From assembly GCA_963708525.1 (NCBI GenBank), contig CAVPTH010000009.1:94648-158647 (forward strand): a stretch of 64,000 bases of DNA, in the 5' to 3' direction. This DNA comes from an uncultured Verrucomicrobiae bacterium (GTDB taxonomy: Bacteria; Verrucomicrobiota; Verrucomicrobiia; Limisphaerales; UBA11358). The position numbers were made by a program, and so were the translations under genes. Numbering within the stretch: position 1 is the stretch's first letter; every line of letters begins with the position of its first letter. The notes beneath the pieces were generated by a model, which worked only from the letters and a program-made list of their open reading frames with translations, was not told the DNA's origin and did not search any database. This document shows, in pieces, positions 8,901-17,652 of the stretch.

Positions 8901-10178
8901 CCGGCCTCCGGCCACCCTCTCCCCGCCCTGGGGGAAGAGGGACGGGGCAAGGGGTCCGTTCAGGAAAATCGGTTTGAACAACAACTTTCGTCGGCTGCCA
9001 GACAATTCGTCGTCCGCCGTGACACAGGCAAAACCGTCATTGCGGGCTACCCCTGGTTTTTGGACTGGGGGCGGGACACACTCATTTGTGTGCGGGGCCT
9101 GTTGGCCGACGGAATGGCCGACGACGTCAGGCAAATCCTGCTCACGTTCGCAAAGTTTGAAAAGGACGGCACTTTGCCCAACGCGATTTACGGTGACAAC
9201 ATGTTGAACCGCGATACTTCCGATGCGCCGTTGTGGTTCGCTTTGGCCTGCGAGGAATTTTCGCAGACTTCATCTCCAGATTTTTATGCAACGCCGGTGG
9301 ATGCCAACCGCACCGTCCACGAGGTGCTGAAGAGCATCGCGCAAAATTATTCGCGCGGTACACCGAATGGCATCCGCATGGATGCGGATTCCGCGATGAT
9401 CTGGAGCCCGGCCCACTTCACCTGGATGGACACGAACCATCCCGCCGGCACACCGCGTGAGGGTTATCCGGTGGAAATCCAGGTTTTATGGATTCGGCTG
9501 CTGCGCCAAATCGAAAACATTTCCCCACCCGCTGAACAAAAGCAGTGGCGCGACGTTGCCGACCATGCGACCGCGTCATTTGAAAAGCTCTTCTGGCTGG
9601 AAGACCGGGGTTGGTTCGCCGACGTGTTGCTGGCTGGACCGCGGGTCATGGCTCGTGATGCCACGCCCAGCGATGCCCTTCGCAGCAATTGTCTATTTCC
9701 CGTGAGCCTTGGATTGGTAGCTGGCGACCGCGCCAAACGTTGTGTCGCCGCGGCGCAAAAATATCTGGTTGTGCCAGGCGCCACCCGTTCGCTCGCACCG
9801 TTACCGGTATCTGTGCCTCTCCCGGTTTACAGCAATAACGGCGGGCCATTGAACCATCCCAGCGAACCCTATTGGCCGCGTTATGAGGGCGATGAGGACA
9901 CAAGCCGCAAACCGGCTTATCATAACGGCACGGCATGGACGTGGACATTCCCGATATTTTGCGAGGCACTCGCCCGCGCGTGGGACTTTGCACCGGAGGC
10001 CGTGGCGGCTGCCAAAGCGTATCTGGGCAGCATCCAGCAATTGATGGATGAAGGTTGTCTGGGTCAACTTCCTGAAATCCTGGACGGGGACGTTCCCCAC
10101 GTCCAACGTGGATGTGACGCGCAGGCGTGGGGTGTGACCGAAGCCTTACGGGTCTGGAAATTATTACAGCGCCGTTAA
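5928..10178 (+). CDS. Fusion of GH13 alpha-amylase-family catalytic domain and amylo-alpha-1,6-glucosidase (glycogen debranching, GDE_C) domain; the N-terminus may extend to about 5782 through a frameshift
   Basis: GH13 regions are present: FLDIVINHTGW, GYRCDAGYKIP, FLLEGLG, YSETHDNERL. The C-terminal half has GYPWFLDWGRDTLICVRGLL, YHNGTAWTWTFP and QAWGVTEALRVW, typical of amylo-1,6-glucosidase. Confidence 0.9.
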   Translation: MLRTNLGRSLARRREIIAGHAGGAGHAGTSWHDLPMQKKGDTWEIELPLAEVGFFKAKPYLLDAKGWQHWPEGPDVGISVHPDFCRTANTIYCAFTRLFGTTRTAAIAVDPQLQFQLNPLDSQGYTVIPPSGKLRDLTRQLPHIVQTLGCRLLHLLPVHPTPTTYARFGRFGSPYAALDLTAIDPALAEFDHRTTAIDQFCELTTAAHALGARVFLDIVINHTGWGAVLQENHPEFFLRQPDGAFASPGAWGVTWGDLVELKQDGVALWDIIADALLTWCRRGVDGYRCDAGYKIPVPAWQYIITRVQEEFPEAIFLLEGLGGSWEATENLLTEGGMQWAYSELFQNYSGQEVAQYLDYALRQSARVGLYVHYSETHDNERLAKRGRAWSLLRNRFCALTSISGGFGFTCGVEWLAAEKIKVHDCTGLAWDSHDNIVPDLAQLNRLLADHPCFFDGAMLTRLSTPDSPVYALLRESFEGQDSVVVLVNTDAEKENSITIMDPENRVPNCKIELLGQSLPKTVMDGSQMTFTLPAGACHCLAPTPQPQGMSSDAYRRARAQAAFAIQAMSWVLPIQTIPNFPWQELAGLIDNTPGQFLAAITCLAGEFSGAERNHSEITAMTARLMALAKSLQKYPSVVEWTLIDQRRITLVPPDHWLLVEDSAPFRARLATRNGNGSVQTPEHVQSIGVRSGYVACFPPRANTAEAELVLERYAAISQKVSATVRFLPAGPESGIWNPKSEAVVLLTNGIGGMARIRVDLGRIHSKYDCVLGANLDPNVPVDRHIFVKRIRAWVNADGFLSPLDAKNLSSFAAGPPAIWKFVADAGDGRTVEIGLRAEMLAGKNTTVLQFSRPTAERACGKQLPAAADVRLTVRFDIEDRNFHWETKRNGGSDYHFSTNTHTLPASGPGNDDSICGFAFTPAADRRLRIFANAGEYHPQPEWSENIPHPAELSRDQTGSGDAYSPGWFEIPLSQGATVTLVATADMEESLLPASGHPLPALGEEGRGKGSVQENRFEQQLSSAARQFVVRRDTGKTVIAGYPWFLDWGRDTLICVRGLLADGMADDVRQILLTFAKFEKDGTLPNAIYGDNMLNRDTSDAPLWFALACEEFSQTSSPDFYATPVDANRTVHEVLKSIAQNYSRGTPNGIRMDADSAMIWSPAHFTWMDTNHPAGTPREGYPVEIQVLWIRLLRQIENISPPAEQKQWRDVADHATASFEKLFWLEDRGWFADVLLAGPRVMARDATPSDALRSNCLFPVSLGLVAGDRAKRCVAAAQKYLVVPGATRSLAPLPVSVPLPVYSNNGGPLNHPSEPYWPRYEGDEDTSRKPAYHNGTAWTWTFPIFCEALARAWDFAPEAVAAAKAYLGSIQQLMDEGCLGQLPEILDGDVPHVQRGCDAQAWGVTEALRVWKLLQRR

Positions 10179-10189
10179 ACCAAAGGTTC

Positions 10190-11518
10190 ATGACCTCTTC
10201 GTTGCTTCAGCTGCTGATTTGTCTGGTCGTAGGCGTTGGCGTCATCATCCTGTTGACGGCAAGATACCGGGTGCACGCCTTTTTCGCGCTGTTGATTGCT
10301 TCATTTCTGGTGGGATTGGGGACACAACTTCCGGTTCCGGATCTGATTAATGCCATCAAGGAAGGCTTCGGCAATATTATGAAGTCTTTGGGATTGATCA
10401 TCGTTCTGGGAACGGCCCTGGGTGTGTTGCTGGAACATACCGGGAGCACCCGGGTAATGGCGGGTTTCATTCTGCGAAAAGTCGGAGAACGACATGCGAC
10501 CCTGGCGATCAGTCTTACGGGCTTCATCGTCGGGTTGCCCATTTTTTGTGACTCGGGATATATCGTTCTTAGTGGATTAAGCCGGTCGCTGGCCCGGCGA
10601 ACCGGCATCTCCATGGTAGCGATGGCGGTTTCGCTGGCGGCAGGACTGTATGCCGTGCATTGCCTGATTCCGCCACATCCCGGGGCGACGGCCGCTGCCG
10701 GCGTCATCGGCGTGGATTTCGGGAGATTGATTTTCTTCGGAATTCTGGTGGCGATTCCGGCCACGATAACCGGTTATTTGTGGGCTGATATTGCCGGCAG
10801 GAAGATTCCCGTGTCGGTTGCCGAAGAGGAAATCATGCCCGAAGAAACGTCCCAACCACCCTCGGTGATTAAAGCGTTTTTGCCCGTGGTAGTGCCGATT
10901 GTTCTGATTGCCGTCCGATCCTTTCTTTCCATCCAGGTATCCGCCGTCCAAGGCTGGTGGTTTTCGGCACTGCTCTCGTTGGGTGATCCGGTTATAGCGC
11001 TGGCGATCGGCGTGTTACTGGCAATGAATTGCCATCGGTCCTGGAGCACAGAAACTCTGGGACATTTGCTGCAGGAAGCGGCGGAAAAAGCCGGCGGTAT
11101 CCTGGTTATCATTGGGGCGGGAGGAGCTTTTGGGGCAATACTGGCCGCGGCTGACATCGGCCGGCATCTCAGTCAATCCTTGGCATTGGACAGCCTGGGC
11201 ATTTTATTTCCCTTTTTAATCACCTTCATCTTAAAAACAGCACAGGGATCGTCCACTGTCGCCATCATCACGGCCGCTTCCATCGTTCAACCCCTGCTGC
11301 CGGCGCTGGGGCTGGCGACGGGGAAAGGCCCGTTGTTCGCCGTGTTGGCCATGGGCGCCGGATCCATGATGATTTCCCACGTAAACGATGCTTACTTTTG
11401 GGTGATCACAAAATTCTCCGGACTGGACGTGAAATCCATGCTGAAAGTTCATTCCGTGGCTTCCGTGCTGATGGGGCTGGTTTCCTTGCTGACGATTTAC
11501 CTGTTGTCCCGGTTCTGA
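10190..11518 (+). CDS. GntP-family (gluconate:H+ symporter-like) permease
   Basis: A polytopic membrane protein of about 442 aa. The start is set at MTSSLLQLLICLVVGVGVIILL (ATG 10190). GntP-like segments include FCDSGYIVL and KTAQGSSTVAIITAASI. Confidence 0.8.
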   Translation: MTSSLLQLLICLVVGVGVIILLTARYRVHAFFALLIASFLVGLGTQLPVPDLINAIKEGFGNIMKSLGLIIVLGTALGVLLEHTGSTRVMAGFILRKVGERHATLAISLTGFIVGLPIFCDSGYIVLSGLSRSLARRTGISMVAMAVSLAAGLYAVHCLIPPHPGATAAAGVIGVDFGRLIFFGILVAIPATITGYLWADIAGRKIPVSVAEEEIMPEETSQPPSVIKAFLPVVVPIVLIAVRSFLSIQVSAVQGWWFSALLSLGDPVIALAIGVLLAMNCHRSWSTETLGHLLQEAAEKAGGILVIIGAGGAFGAILAAADIGRHLSQSLALDSLGILFPFLITFILKTAQGSSTVAIITAASIVQPLLPALGLATGKGPLFAVLAMGAGSMMISHVNDAYFWVITKFSGLDVKSMLKVHSVASVLMGLVSLLTIYLLSRF

Positions 11519-11580
11519 CCGTAACTCCGTTGCGCATAATGGGCGTTGCCAAGTGACGGTGGGTCGACAAAGATTGCGTT

Positions 11581-12066
11581 GTGCATTTCCGCGATAAAAT
11601 CATTGCCTGGAACCAATTGCCGGAATGGCGCGCCGCCGTGCGGGCCAAGGGCAAAAAGCTGGTCGTGACCAATGGTTGCTTTGACATTTTGCACCTGGGA
11701 CACGTGACTTATCTGGAATCAGCGCGCAACCTGGGTGACGCTTTGCTCGTGGGTGTAAATGGTGACGGCTCCGCGCGGGAATTGAAAGGTCCCGGCCGGC
11801 CGGTAAATCCGGAATCGGACCGGGCCGCCGTTTTGGCGGCCCTGGCCAGCTTGGACGGAGTCTGCATTTTCCCGGAAACCAGGGCGGTGAAATTCTTGGC
11901 GGCCACGCAGCCGGATATTTATGTTAAAGGCGGTGATTATACACCGGACACGCTCGACCAGGATGAGCGCCACACGGTTGAATCCGCCGGCGGGAAAATC
12001 GTGATCATCCCCTTCGTGCCCGGCAAATCCACCACGGCACTGCTGGAAAAAATTTCACGGTTGTGA
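11581..12066 (+). CDS. hldC: D-glycero-beta-D-manno-heptose 1-phosphate adenylyltransferase (stand-alone RfaE domain II / HldC-like)
   Basis: 161 aa with the cytidylyltransferase fold motif VVTNGCFDILHLGHVTYL, then ..RPVNPESDRAAVLAALASLDGVCIF and YVKGGDY. GTG start. Its stop overlaps the next gene's start. Confidence 0.85.
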   Translation: MHFRDKIIAWNQLPEWRAAVRAKGKKLVVTNGCFDILHLGHVTYLESARNLGDALLVGVNGDGSARELKGPGRPVNPESDRAAVLAALASLDGVCIFPETRAVKFLAATQPDIYVKGGDYTPDTLDQDERHTVESAGGKIVIIPFVPGKSTTALLEKISRL

Positions 12067-13133
12067 AGATTCTGGTCATTTCCCTCGCCGGTATCGGCGA
12101 CACACTCATTGCCACTCCGTTGATCCGCGAGCTGCGCGAGAATTTTCCCGGGGTGACCATTGATGCGTTCGTCAGGTGGCCCGGAGCGAAAGATTTGCTG
12201 GAACATAATCCGAACGTCAACCGCGTGTTTCAGAAAGACCTCATCTCCTGTGGAAAATTCGAGGTGGTGCGTTTCTTCCGGTCATTGCGTCGGGAACGTT
12301 ACCAGCTTTCCATCAATACACATCCGCAGGGCCCAAGGCTCTATCGCGTCGCCGCCTGGCTGGCCGGTGCGGAAGTCCGCATCAGTCATGAATATGAGCG
12401 TTTTTCCTGGATCGACCGGTTGCTGATGACCGGCTCGCTGCCGCAGGATTATTCGCGACACTCGATTGAGAACAATTTCGACGTGTTGCCGTTGATTGGT
12501 GCGAAGAAAAAACTGGCAGCGCATGAGATGGAATTTTATCTCGAACCGGGTGATGTACGGCTGGCGGGTGATTTTCTGGCCAGACACAATTTATCCGGCC
12601 AGAAGCTCCTGGGGATCCACGTCGGTTCCGGTGGAACCAAGAATCTCCGGCTCAAACGCTGGCCGTTGAAAAACCACGCCGGCCTGGTGCGACGGTTGAA
12701 CCAGAAACGGCCGGACATCCGGATCTTGCTTTTCGGCGGGCCGGAAGAAATCAAGGATCATCCGGTCGTGCTCGCCCAGGCGAATCCCGTTCTGACACTG
12801 GAAGTTAAAACTGAAAACCTGCGGCAGACCGCGGCATTGATGAAACGATGCCATGCCTTTTTGAGTGTCGACACCGTGCTCATGCATGTCGCGGCGGCAA
12901 TGAAAGTACCCCATCAGATTGTCATCGAAGCGCCCACCCTGAATGCGACCAACCTGCCTTATGGCAACGCGTTTACTCTGGTGAAAAACCCCGTCTTGGC
13001 GGGACGAAACCTGAATTATTACCGTTACGATGGCGGTGATATCAAAGGAACGCACGAAGAACTGGTGGCGTGCATGGCGTCCATCACCATCGACAACGTT
13101 TATGACGCAGTAAACAGGCTGATTCAGCCCTGA
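12063..13133 (+). CDS. Glycosyltransferase family 9 (heptosyltransferase-like)
   Basis: 356 aa. N-terminus MKILVISLAGIGDTLIATPLIRELRENFPG and GGPEE...D..LMHVAAA are typical of GT9. Confidence 0.85.
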   Translation: MKILVISLAGIGDTLIATPLIRELRENFPGVTIDAFVRWPGAKDLLEHNPNVNRVFQKDLISCGKFEVVRFFRSLRRERYQLSINTHPQGPRLYRVAAWLAGAEVRISHEYERFSWIDRLLMTGSLPQDYSRHSIENNFDVLPLIGAKKKLAAHEMEFYLEPGDVRLAGDFLARHNLSGQKLLGIHVGSGGTKNLRLKRWPLKNHAGLVRRLNQKRPDIRILLFGGPEEIKDHPVVLAQANPVLTLEVKTENLRQTAALMKRCHAFLSVDTVLMHVAAAMKVPHQIVIEAPTLNATNLPYGNAFTLVKNPVLAGRNLNYYRYDGGDIKGTHEELVACMASITIDNVYDAVNRLIQP

Positions 13134-13138
13134 TAAAA

Positions 13139-13858
13139 CTACAAAGCAAATCCCGCCGCCTTGGCGTCGGCCGCAAACGTCTTTACGGTGTCCAGCGACA
13201 TTTCCGGCAGCCCCGTCCCGACCAGCTTCATCGCCTTGTTCAAAATATCGTGCGGCACGGTGACAATTTTGCAGCCGCATTCCTCCGCTTGAAAAATATT
13301 CAATACTTCACGCACGCTGGCCCAGAGCAGTTCGGCCTCGGGCAACCCCGCCAGGATTTTATTGGCCTTCACCATGTGCGGCATCGGATCCTGCCCGACA
13401 TCGGCAATACGCCCGGCAAACACCGAAACCACGGCGGGCACTTTGGGATTGAGCGCCTTCGCAACCCCGGCGATCTGTTCCTCGGTGAAAATGGCGGTGA
13501 TATTGAGCTTCACGCCTTCGCCGGCCAGCTCGCGCACGAGCGACAATGAAGATTCGCTGCGCGTGTTGGTGATGGGAATCTTGACATAGACATTCTTCGC
13601 CCAGTCCTTGATTTTCAGCGCCTGCCGCCGCATTTCCGGAAATTCATCAGAGAATACTTCGAAGGAAATCGGCTTTCCCGTGATGCTTTTCAATATGTCC
13701 CGCGCGAACGCCTCGTAATCGTGCACTCCCACTTTGCGCATCAGCGTGGGGTTGGTCGTCATGCCCTTGATCAGCGGGTTGTTGTTCAACTGAAGCATTC
13801 CGGCTTTATCCGCACCATCGGCAAAAAGTTTGATCTTGAGACTGGCCAAATTTTTCAT
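13139..13858 (-). CDS. tal: Short-form transaldolase / fructose-6-phosphate aldolase family
   Basis: Start set at MKNLASLKIKLFADGAD. Has GMTTNPTLM and VYVKIPITN motifs. Confidence 0.85.
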   Translation of the reverse strand: MKNLASLKIKLFADGADKAGMLQLNNNPLIKGMTTNPTLMRKVGVHDYEAFARDILKSITGKPISFEVFSDEFPEMRRQALKIKDWAKNVYVKIPITNTRSESSLSLVRELAGEGVKLNITAIFTEEQIAGVAKALNPKVPAVVSVFAGRIADVGQDPMPHMVKANKILAGLPEAELLWASVREVLNIFQAEECGCKIVTVPHDILNKAMKLVGTGLPEMSLDTVKTFAADAKAAGFAL

Positions 13859-13896
13859 GTGGTTCACAAGATAAAACAACCCGGCCAATCTTCAAC

Positions 13897-14466
13897 TTAT
13901 TTCACTTCCGCCAGGATGATTTCAGCCGCTTCCAGCAGGTTTTTGACACAAAAATCAGGTAGCCGCTTCAAGTCTTCCGCATAACCGCGATCAATAAAAA
14001 TGGTCCGGCAACCGGCCGCGTGGCCACAATCCACATCACGCCAGCGGTCGCCCACCATCCAGCTTTGCGCGAGGTCAATGCCCAGTTCGCGCGCCGCACG
14101 CAGCAACATGCCCGGTTTGGGCTTGCGACAGTCGCAATCCGACAAATCCTTTCCCGGGTGATAACAAACTTCCACCCGGTCGAGCGGCAACCGCCGGCGC
14201 ATCTCCGCGTGAATCTCCTCGACCGCTTGCTGTTTTAAAGTGCCACGGCCGACGTCCGGTTGATTGGTCGCCACCACGAGCAGAAAACCCGACTGTTTCA
14301 AACGACGGCAGGCCTCCGGCACCTCGGGAAAGATTTCAAATTCGCTTAAATCCGCTGACGGATACGGTTTGCCATCGCGTTCCAGGGCACGGTTGATGAC
14401 GCCATCCCGGTCGAGAAAAACAGCGCGCGCGCCAGGGGACTTCTGAGTTTTAGAGATTTCAGACAT
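13897..14466 (-). CDS. gmhB: D-glycero-D-manno-heptose 1,7-bisphosphate phosphatase (HAD-IIIA)
   Basis: AVFLDRDGVIN (DxDGxxN), VVATNQPDVGRG, C..CDCRKPKPGML and VGDRWRDV. Confidence 0.88.
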   Translation of the reverse strand: MSEISKTQKSPGARAVFLDRDGVINRALERDGKPYPSADLSEFEIFPEVPEACRRLKQSGFLLVVATNQPDVGRGTLKQQAVEEIHAEMRRRLPLDRVEVCYHPGKDLSDCDCRKPKPGMLLRAARELGIDLAQSWMVGDRWRDVDCGHAAGCRTIFIDRGYAEDLKRLPDFCVKNLLEAAEIILAEVK

Positions 14467-14475
14467 TGGCGCGCG

Positions 14476-14507
14476 AATGACTAATGACTAAAACCTAATG
14501 ACGAATC
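14476..14507. repeat. Left imperfect inverted repeat flanking the four-helix-bundle gene
   Basis: AATGACTAATGACTAAAACCTAATGACGAATC pairs with the reverse complement of 14921-14956. 29 of 32 positions match, with one 4-nt indel. Confidence 0.8.
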
Positions 14508-14550
14508 AATGCCGAACCGCGAAGAATAAAGATAATAAAGGGAACCCATC

Positions 14551-14934
14551 TCATGACTTCCTCCAGATTGCGGCAAAAATAAGGTGTAATTCCTTTGCTT
14601 CCCGCCAAAGTTTGCGAGCGTCGGTCTTCAATTCCGGTTCAGCAGAGACAATCATCCGTAACCAAAGCTTGGTTTCGCGCGACTCTTTCCGACAGGTCCC
14701 AATCTTATTTTTGAAATCCTTTTTAGAAACCGCGTCATCTGCCTCGCAATAATTTGCCGCCACGCTTGTTCCAGAGCGGACGAACTGATCAATCAAGGGC
14801 AGAGTCACGGTATTCTTGGGAACCGTTTTGGCAAAACGAATCACAGCTTCGCCAAATACTGCGGTGCGTTCTTCCAAATCAAATGAAGTCCGCCCATTGG
14901 GTTTGTCATTCGGAATTGGAGATTCATTAGTCAT
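14551..14934 (-). CDS. Four-helix-bundle protein (23S rRNA intervening-sequence protein / Avd family, TIGR02436/PF05635-like)
   Basis: 127 aa. ..QFVRSGTSVAANYCEADDAVSKKDFKNKIGTCRKESRETKLWLRMI matches the family signature (RSGTS.GANY.EA...SK.DF..K....KE..ET..WL). Confidence 0.85.
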   Translation of the reverse strand: MTNESPIPNDKPNGRTSFDLEERTAVFGEAVIRFAKTVPKNTVTLPLIDQFVRSGTSVAANYCEADDAVSKKDFKNKIGTCRKESRETKLWLRMIVSAEPELKTDARKLWREAKELHLIFAAIWRKS

Positions 14935-14956
14935 TAGGGTTTAGGAATTAGTCATT
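14921..14956. repeat. Right imperfect inverted repeat flanking the four-helix-bundle gene (contains its start codon and overlaps the gmhA stop)
   Basis: GATTCATTAGTCATTAGGGTTTAGGAATTAGTCATT. Its reverse complement aligns to 14476-14507. Confidence 0.8.
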
Positions 14957-15548
14957 TCGTAGACTCCCACTTGGTTTGGGCGACTTTAAGCTTTGGGTGG
15001 GAGACGAACAAATGCCAGATGACAGCCTGAAACGCCTCGCTGTGGGGCGTGATGTGTTCCGGGTTTACCGTCGGCACAATCACACAGGCTGTTGCTTCTT
15101 TGGCCGTGTAGCCACCGTCGCGTCCCACAATGCCAATAACGGAAGCACCGGCTTTTTTTGCGACTTGAATGGCGCTGACCAAATTCGGACTGACATTCTT
15201 CTCAAGATTGCCGCCACCCACCGAAAAAATCAGCAGACCGTCTTTTGCGTTCAGGCGGCTGCCCTTGAGCCATTCGGAAAAAATCGTTGCCCACCCTTCG
15301 TCATTGGTCCGCGCGGTCAACTCGGAAACATTGTCCGTGGGCGCGTAGGCCTCGAAACCGCAGATTTTGCGGAAGTCATTGACGGCATGGCCGGCGTTGC
15401 CCGCACTGCCGCCGACGCCAAGGATGAACAGGCGCCCGCCGCGTTCGCGTACGCGTGCCAGTTCCCCGGCGGCCTTTTCAATGGCGTCAACATTCAGTTG
15501 CGCGACAACTTGTGATACTTCCCCCAGAAATTCTTTTGCAAAGCTCAT
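14952..15548 (-). CDS. gmhA: D-sedoheptulose 7-phosphate isomerase (SIS domain)
   Basis: 198 aa. GGRLFILGVGGSAGNAGHAVNDF and LLIFSVGGG are typical of GmhA. Confidence 0.9.
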   Translation of the reverse strand: MSFAKEFLGEVSQVVAQLNVDAIEKAAGELARVRERGGRLFILGVGGSAGNAGHAVNDFRKICGFEAYAPTDNVSELTARTNDEGWATIFSEWLKGSRLNAKDGLLIFSVGGGNLEKNVSPNLVSAIQVAKKAGASVIGIVGRDGGYTAKEATACVIVPTVNPEHITPHSEAFQAVIWHLFVSHPKLKVAQTKWESTK

Positions 15549-15589
15549 GGTTTATTTTGGTCGGATGAAAACACAACCTTGTGAAAATT

Positions 15590-15716
15590 GAAATCCTAAT
15601 TCCTAAATCCGAATGACTAAAGAATGACGAAGCCTGAATAACAAATGGCAAGCCTGCAATGGTATTTGTCATTTGGAATTCTTTAGTCATTCGGATTTAT
15701 GATTTAGTCATTCCCG
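15590..15716. mobile_element. Gene-less palindromic (MITE-like) element related to the repeats around the four-helix-bundle gene
   Basis: A perfect 21-bp inverted repeat, AAATCCGAATGACTAAAGAAT, at 15605-15625 / 15678-15698 with a 52-nt loop. It shares GAATGACTAA and the 12-mer TTTAGGAATTAG with the cassette ends. An extra TTAGTCATTC at 15704-15713 overlaps the stop of the upstream gene. Confidence 0.6.
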
Positions 15717-16460
15717 TTGTCGTCGTTGAAGTAATTTTTCCAACTCGGCCAAACCTGCCGGCGAACCCATTTCGTAAAAGCGCTCGTGTACTTCGTAACC
15801 GGCCAGTTGCTTTTCATGGACGAGTTTGCCCATCACCCCGGCTAGATCGAATGGCTGGTCCGGGGCATAGGTATTGAAAACCAACGCCTTGAACAGGCTC
15901 AATCCGTAATCGATGTGCCGCATTTCCGGCCGGCGATTTTTCTTATCGTAAACTGCAATTTCCCCGTCGCGGAAGACCACATTGCTGGAATCATAGCGGC
16001 CTTCATTGCGATAGACGGTCATGCAACCGAGTTTGCCGCTGCGGCGGAAAAACTCCGCCACCGGACGATATTCCACTGGCAGATAGGAATCGCCATAGAG
16101 CACAAAAAATTCATCCCCCAGCAGTGGCAGAGCCTGTTTAACCGCGCCACCCGTACCGAGCAGCCGAGGACCACCCGCCGTTGCTACGCTCTGGCGCGGC
16201 GAGTCAAACGAATAATCGAGCTGTATGCCAAACGCCGAGCCGTCGCCAAAATCGCGCTGAATCATCTCACCCAAAAAGCCGACACACAATACGACCCGAC
16301 GAATGCCGCGCGCACGGAGCAGTTCGAGCTGGTGCGCCAGAAATGGTTTCCCGGCCACCGGTACCAGGGATTTGGGGATTTTCTCCGTGATGGGCCGCAG
16401 GCGCGTCGCGAGTCCACCGGCGAGAATGGCTACCGGAATTTCCAAAGCAGGAGATGTCAT
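15708..16460 (-). CDS. hddC: Sugar-phosphate nucleotidyltransferase, probably D-glycero-alpha-D-manno-heptose 1-phosphate guanylyltransferase (HddC-like)
   Basis: 250 aa. The N-terminus AILAGGLATRLRPITEKIPKSLVPVAGKPFL is the NTP_transferase signature. The specific function is inferred from adjacency to gmhA, gmhB and a GHMP kinase. Confidence 0.7.
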   Translation of the reverse strand: MTSPALEIPVAILAGGLATRLRPITEKIPKSLVPVAGKPFLAHQLELLRARGIRRVVLCVGFLGEMIQRDFGDGSAFGIQLDYSFDSPRQSVATAGGPRLLGTGGAVKQALPLLGDEFFVLYGDSYLPVEYRPVAEFFRRSGKLGCMTVYRNEGRYDSSNVVFRDGEIAVYDKKNRRPEMRHIDYGLSLFKALVFNTYAPDQPFDLAGVMGKLVHEKQLAGYEVHERFYEMGSPAGLAELEKLLQRRQRE

Positions 16461-16629
16461 TGACCGTAGTAGTCTTTATGGACTGCGACGACGGAGCGCA
16501 GCGGCGACGGCGCTTTAGCACGGATGACGCACTCTCCTGTCTGATCCCAGAGTGGTGTCGCGCTTCGCTTGTCACCGCGGTCCAAAACCTCGTGGCCATC
16601 CGACCAATTTATGCGTGGGATCGAATCTT

Positions 16630-17611
16630 TCACGAAATCAACAGCTTGGTCCCTTCAAAATCAAAACGGAACCGGACTTCCTTCAGACCTGTGTGGCGCA
16701 TCGCCTGGCGCAACCGGGCTTTGTCTTCCGCATAGAACATCAGAAAGCCGCCTCCACCAGCACCGATGAGTTTGCCACCCAAAGCACCGTTGGCCATGGC
16801 CAAATCGTACCACTCATTGATTTTCAAGTTGCTCATGCCGCCGCTCCGCTGTTTTTTTCTCTGCCAGTGAACGTCCATCAGCCGGGCAAATTCGGGCAGA
16901 TTTCCCGATTCCAGAGCACGCTGGCTTTGCATACCAAGGTCTTTGACGAAATGCAGGTTCTCAATCATGGCCGCGTCAGACTGCTTTGATTTCTGGTCCT
17001 GCTCTTTCAAAATGGCCGAGGCCGATCGCGAATAACCGGTAAAGAACAACAACAGATTATCTTCGAGATTGTCGCGCGTGTCGTCAGCGATCTTCAGCGG
17101 CCACGCCTCCACCTTGCCGTCCGGGAGAAATTTGAAGCAAGTGACACCGCCGTAAGCGGCGATGTATTGGTCCTGCTTGCCGATGGGTTCTTTGAGGCGA
17201 ACAAGCTCAATGTCACAGGCTTGCGCCGCCAGTTCGGCCGGATGAACGAGATTTTTCCGGTATGCATGCAGGACTTTGAGCAGTGCGGTCGTAAAACTTC
17301 CCGGAGGATCCCAGGCCTGTGCCTGCCGGAATATCAGCCATGGAGGCCAGTTCCAATCCACAACCATTCATTCCCAGCAGAGCGAAGGCTTCACGGATGA
17401 TGGGATGCTCGATCTTGTTGACATCAGTCACCCTTTCGAGCCGCGAATATTTCAGGATCAAGTCGGGCGTGAAATTGTCGTGCAACGTGATGTAAACATA
17501 TTTATCGATGGCAGCGGCGATGAGAAAACCGCCGAAATTCTGATAGTATGACGGCAAATCCGTGCCGCCACCGCCGAGCGTGACGCGAAGAGGAGAGCGT
17601 GCGATGATCAT
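16630..17611 (-). pseudogene. hddA: GHMP-family sugar kinase (HddA-like D-glycero-alpha-D-manno-heptose 7-phosphate kinase), split by a 1-nt frameshift in GHMP motif II
   Basis: ORF 17213-17611 ends ..DIPAGTGLGSSG then goes out of frame. ORF 16630-17367 continues SFTTALLKVLHAY... Deleting one A from GGGAAGTTT (complement of about 17297-17302) restores PAGTGLGSSGSFTTALL. The C-terminal GAGGGGFLMFY motif III is present. Confidence 0.8.
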
Positions 17612-17652
17612 TTCAAGTCGGGGACGGATGTCCGGGTTTCGTGCACAACGAT

